A DNA stretch of 5,339 nt from Candidatus Wukongarchaeum yapensis (GTDB taxonomy: Archaea; Asgardarchaeota; Wukongarchaeia; Wukongarchaeales; Wukongarchaeaceae): the NCBI GenBank assembly GCA_016840425.1, contig JAEOSI010000164.1:1-5339 (forward strand). The letters are read 5' to 3'. Both the position numbers and the translations under genes were made by a program. A model generated the notes under the pieces. The model searched no databases. It was not told where the DNA came from and saw only the letters and a list, made by a program, of their open reading frames with translations. Every line of letters starts with the position of its first letter. Position 1 is the first letter of the stretch. Below are positions 4,985 through 5,339 of this stretch, one piece after another.

Positions 4985-5339
4985 TTAATTTGTTCTACGA
5001 AGATGGTTACGTTTGTATAGAGTAACTGCTATTACTAACAAACTAACAGACAACGCTATAAACCCTAGAGAAGAGGATAGGAACTCTGAAACTTCTGGTT
5101 CTTCTGGTGGATGAGTTACGACAAATTCTGGTGTTGCTATATAAGCTGTTACGTTAACTGATCCTCCATTCTCAGCAAGCCCGTTGTCGTCCCATAAGTA
5201 GAGCATGCAACTATCTCCAGTTACAGTTTCATTGTGAGTGGTGTAGTTATAACTGTAATCATAGCCATAGCCCCAGTCGGTGAATACGAGCCTACTAGGC
5301 GGTGTTGCCCTTGGCTCAATTGCAGTGGGTTCATTCACT
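4985..5339 (-). CDS. C-terminal part of a membrane-anchored, probably N-glycosylated surface protein with a PEF-CTERM-like tail (5' truncated)
   Basis: Seen: the frame is open to the window edge (the listed 'M' is a GTG at the edge). Sequons NYT, NET and NVT; Pro/Glu linker HPPEEPE; then VSEF, a ~20-aa TM helix (LGFIALSVSLLVIAVTLY) and a basic tail (KRNHLRR). Confidence 0.8.
   Translation of the reverse strand, partial: VNEPTAIEPRATPPSRLVFTDWGYGYDYSYNYTTHNETVTGDSCMLYLWDDNGLAENGGSVNVTAYIATPEFVVTHPPEEPEVSEFLSSSLGFIALSVSLLVIAVTLYKRNHLRRTN

Noticed and set aside
5336-5338. Start codon of the 117-aa ORF given in the track
   Set aside because: It is a GTG at the window edge with no signal peptide after it; the protein almost certainly starts outside the window.
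1-5339. rRNA, tRNA, CRISPR array, defence operon
   Set aside because: No cloverleaf, rRNA-like segment, regularly spaced repeats or recognisable defence genes seen on either strand.

Overview
AT-rich window, probably archaeal (BRE/TATA-like promoters, GGTGA ribosome-binding site, archaeal-type GH15 and glucose dehydrogenase, PEF-CTERM-like tail; the lineage cannot be fixed from sequence alone). The core is a minus-strand three-gene cluster: cytoplasmic GH15 glucoamylase/trehalase (2910-4721), Zn-dependent glucose 1-dehydrogenase (1864-2913, ATGA overlap) and an FMN-binding split-barrel (pyridoxamine 5'-phosphate oxidase-like) protein (1338-1823). Upstream on the same strand is the 3' end of a membrane-anchored surface protein, followed by a hairpin plus U-tract terminator. 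The most unusual structure is at the left. The last ~114 bp of the split-barrel gene and its 3' flank (1328-1441) recur as a diverged, frameshifted direct copy at 152-263 (~85% identity by hand alignment). The two copies bracket a ~1.06 kb islet with two small opposite-strand membrane-protein ORFs and no integrase. A partial CDS at 1-102, absent from the ORF track, ends at the left edge. I saw no rRNA, tRNA, CRISPR array or transposase. No complete novel system can be claimed; the islet and the sugar-oxidation/flavoprotein cluster are the best leads.
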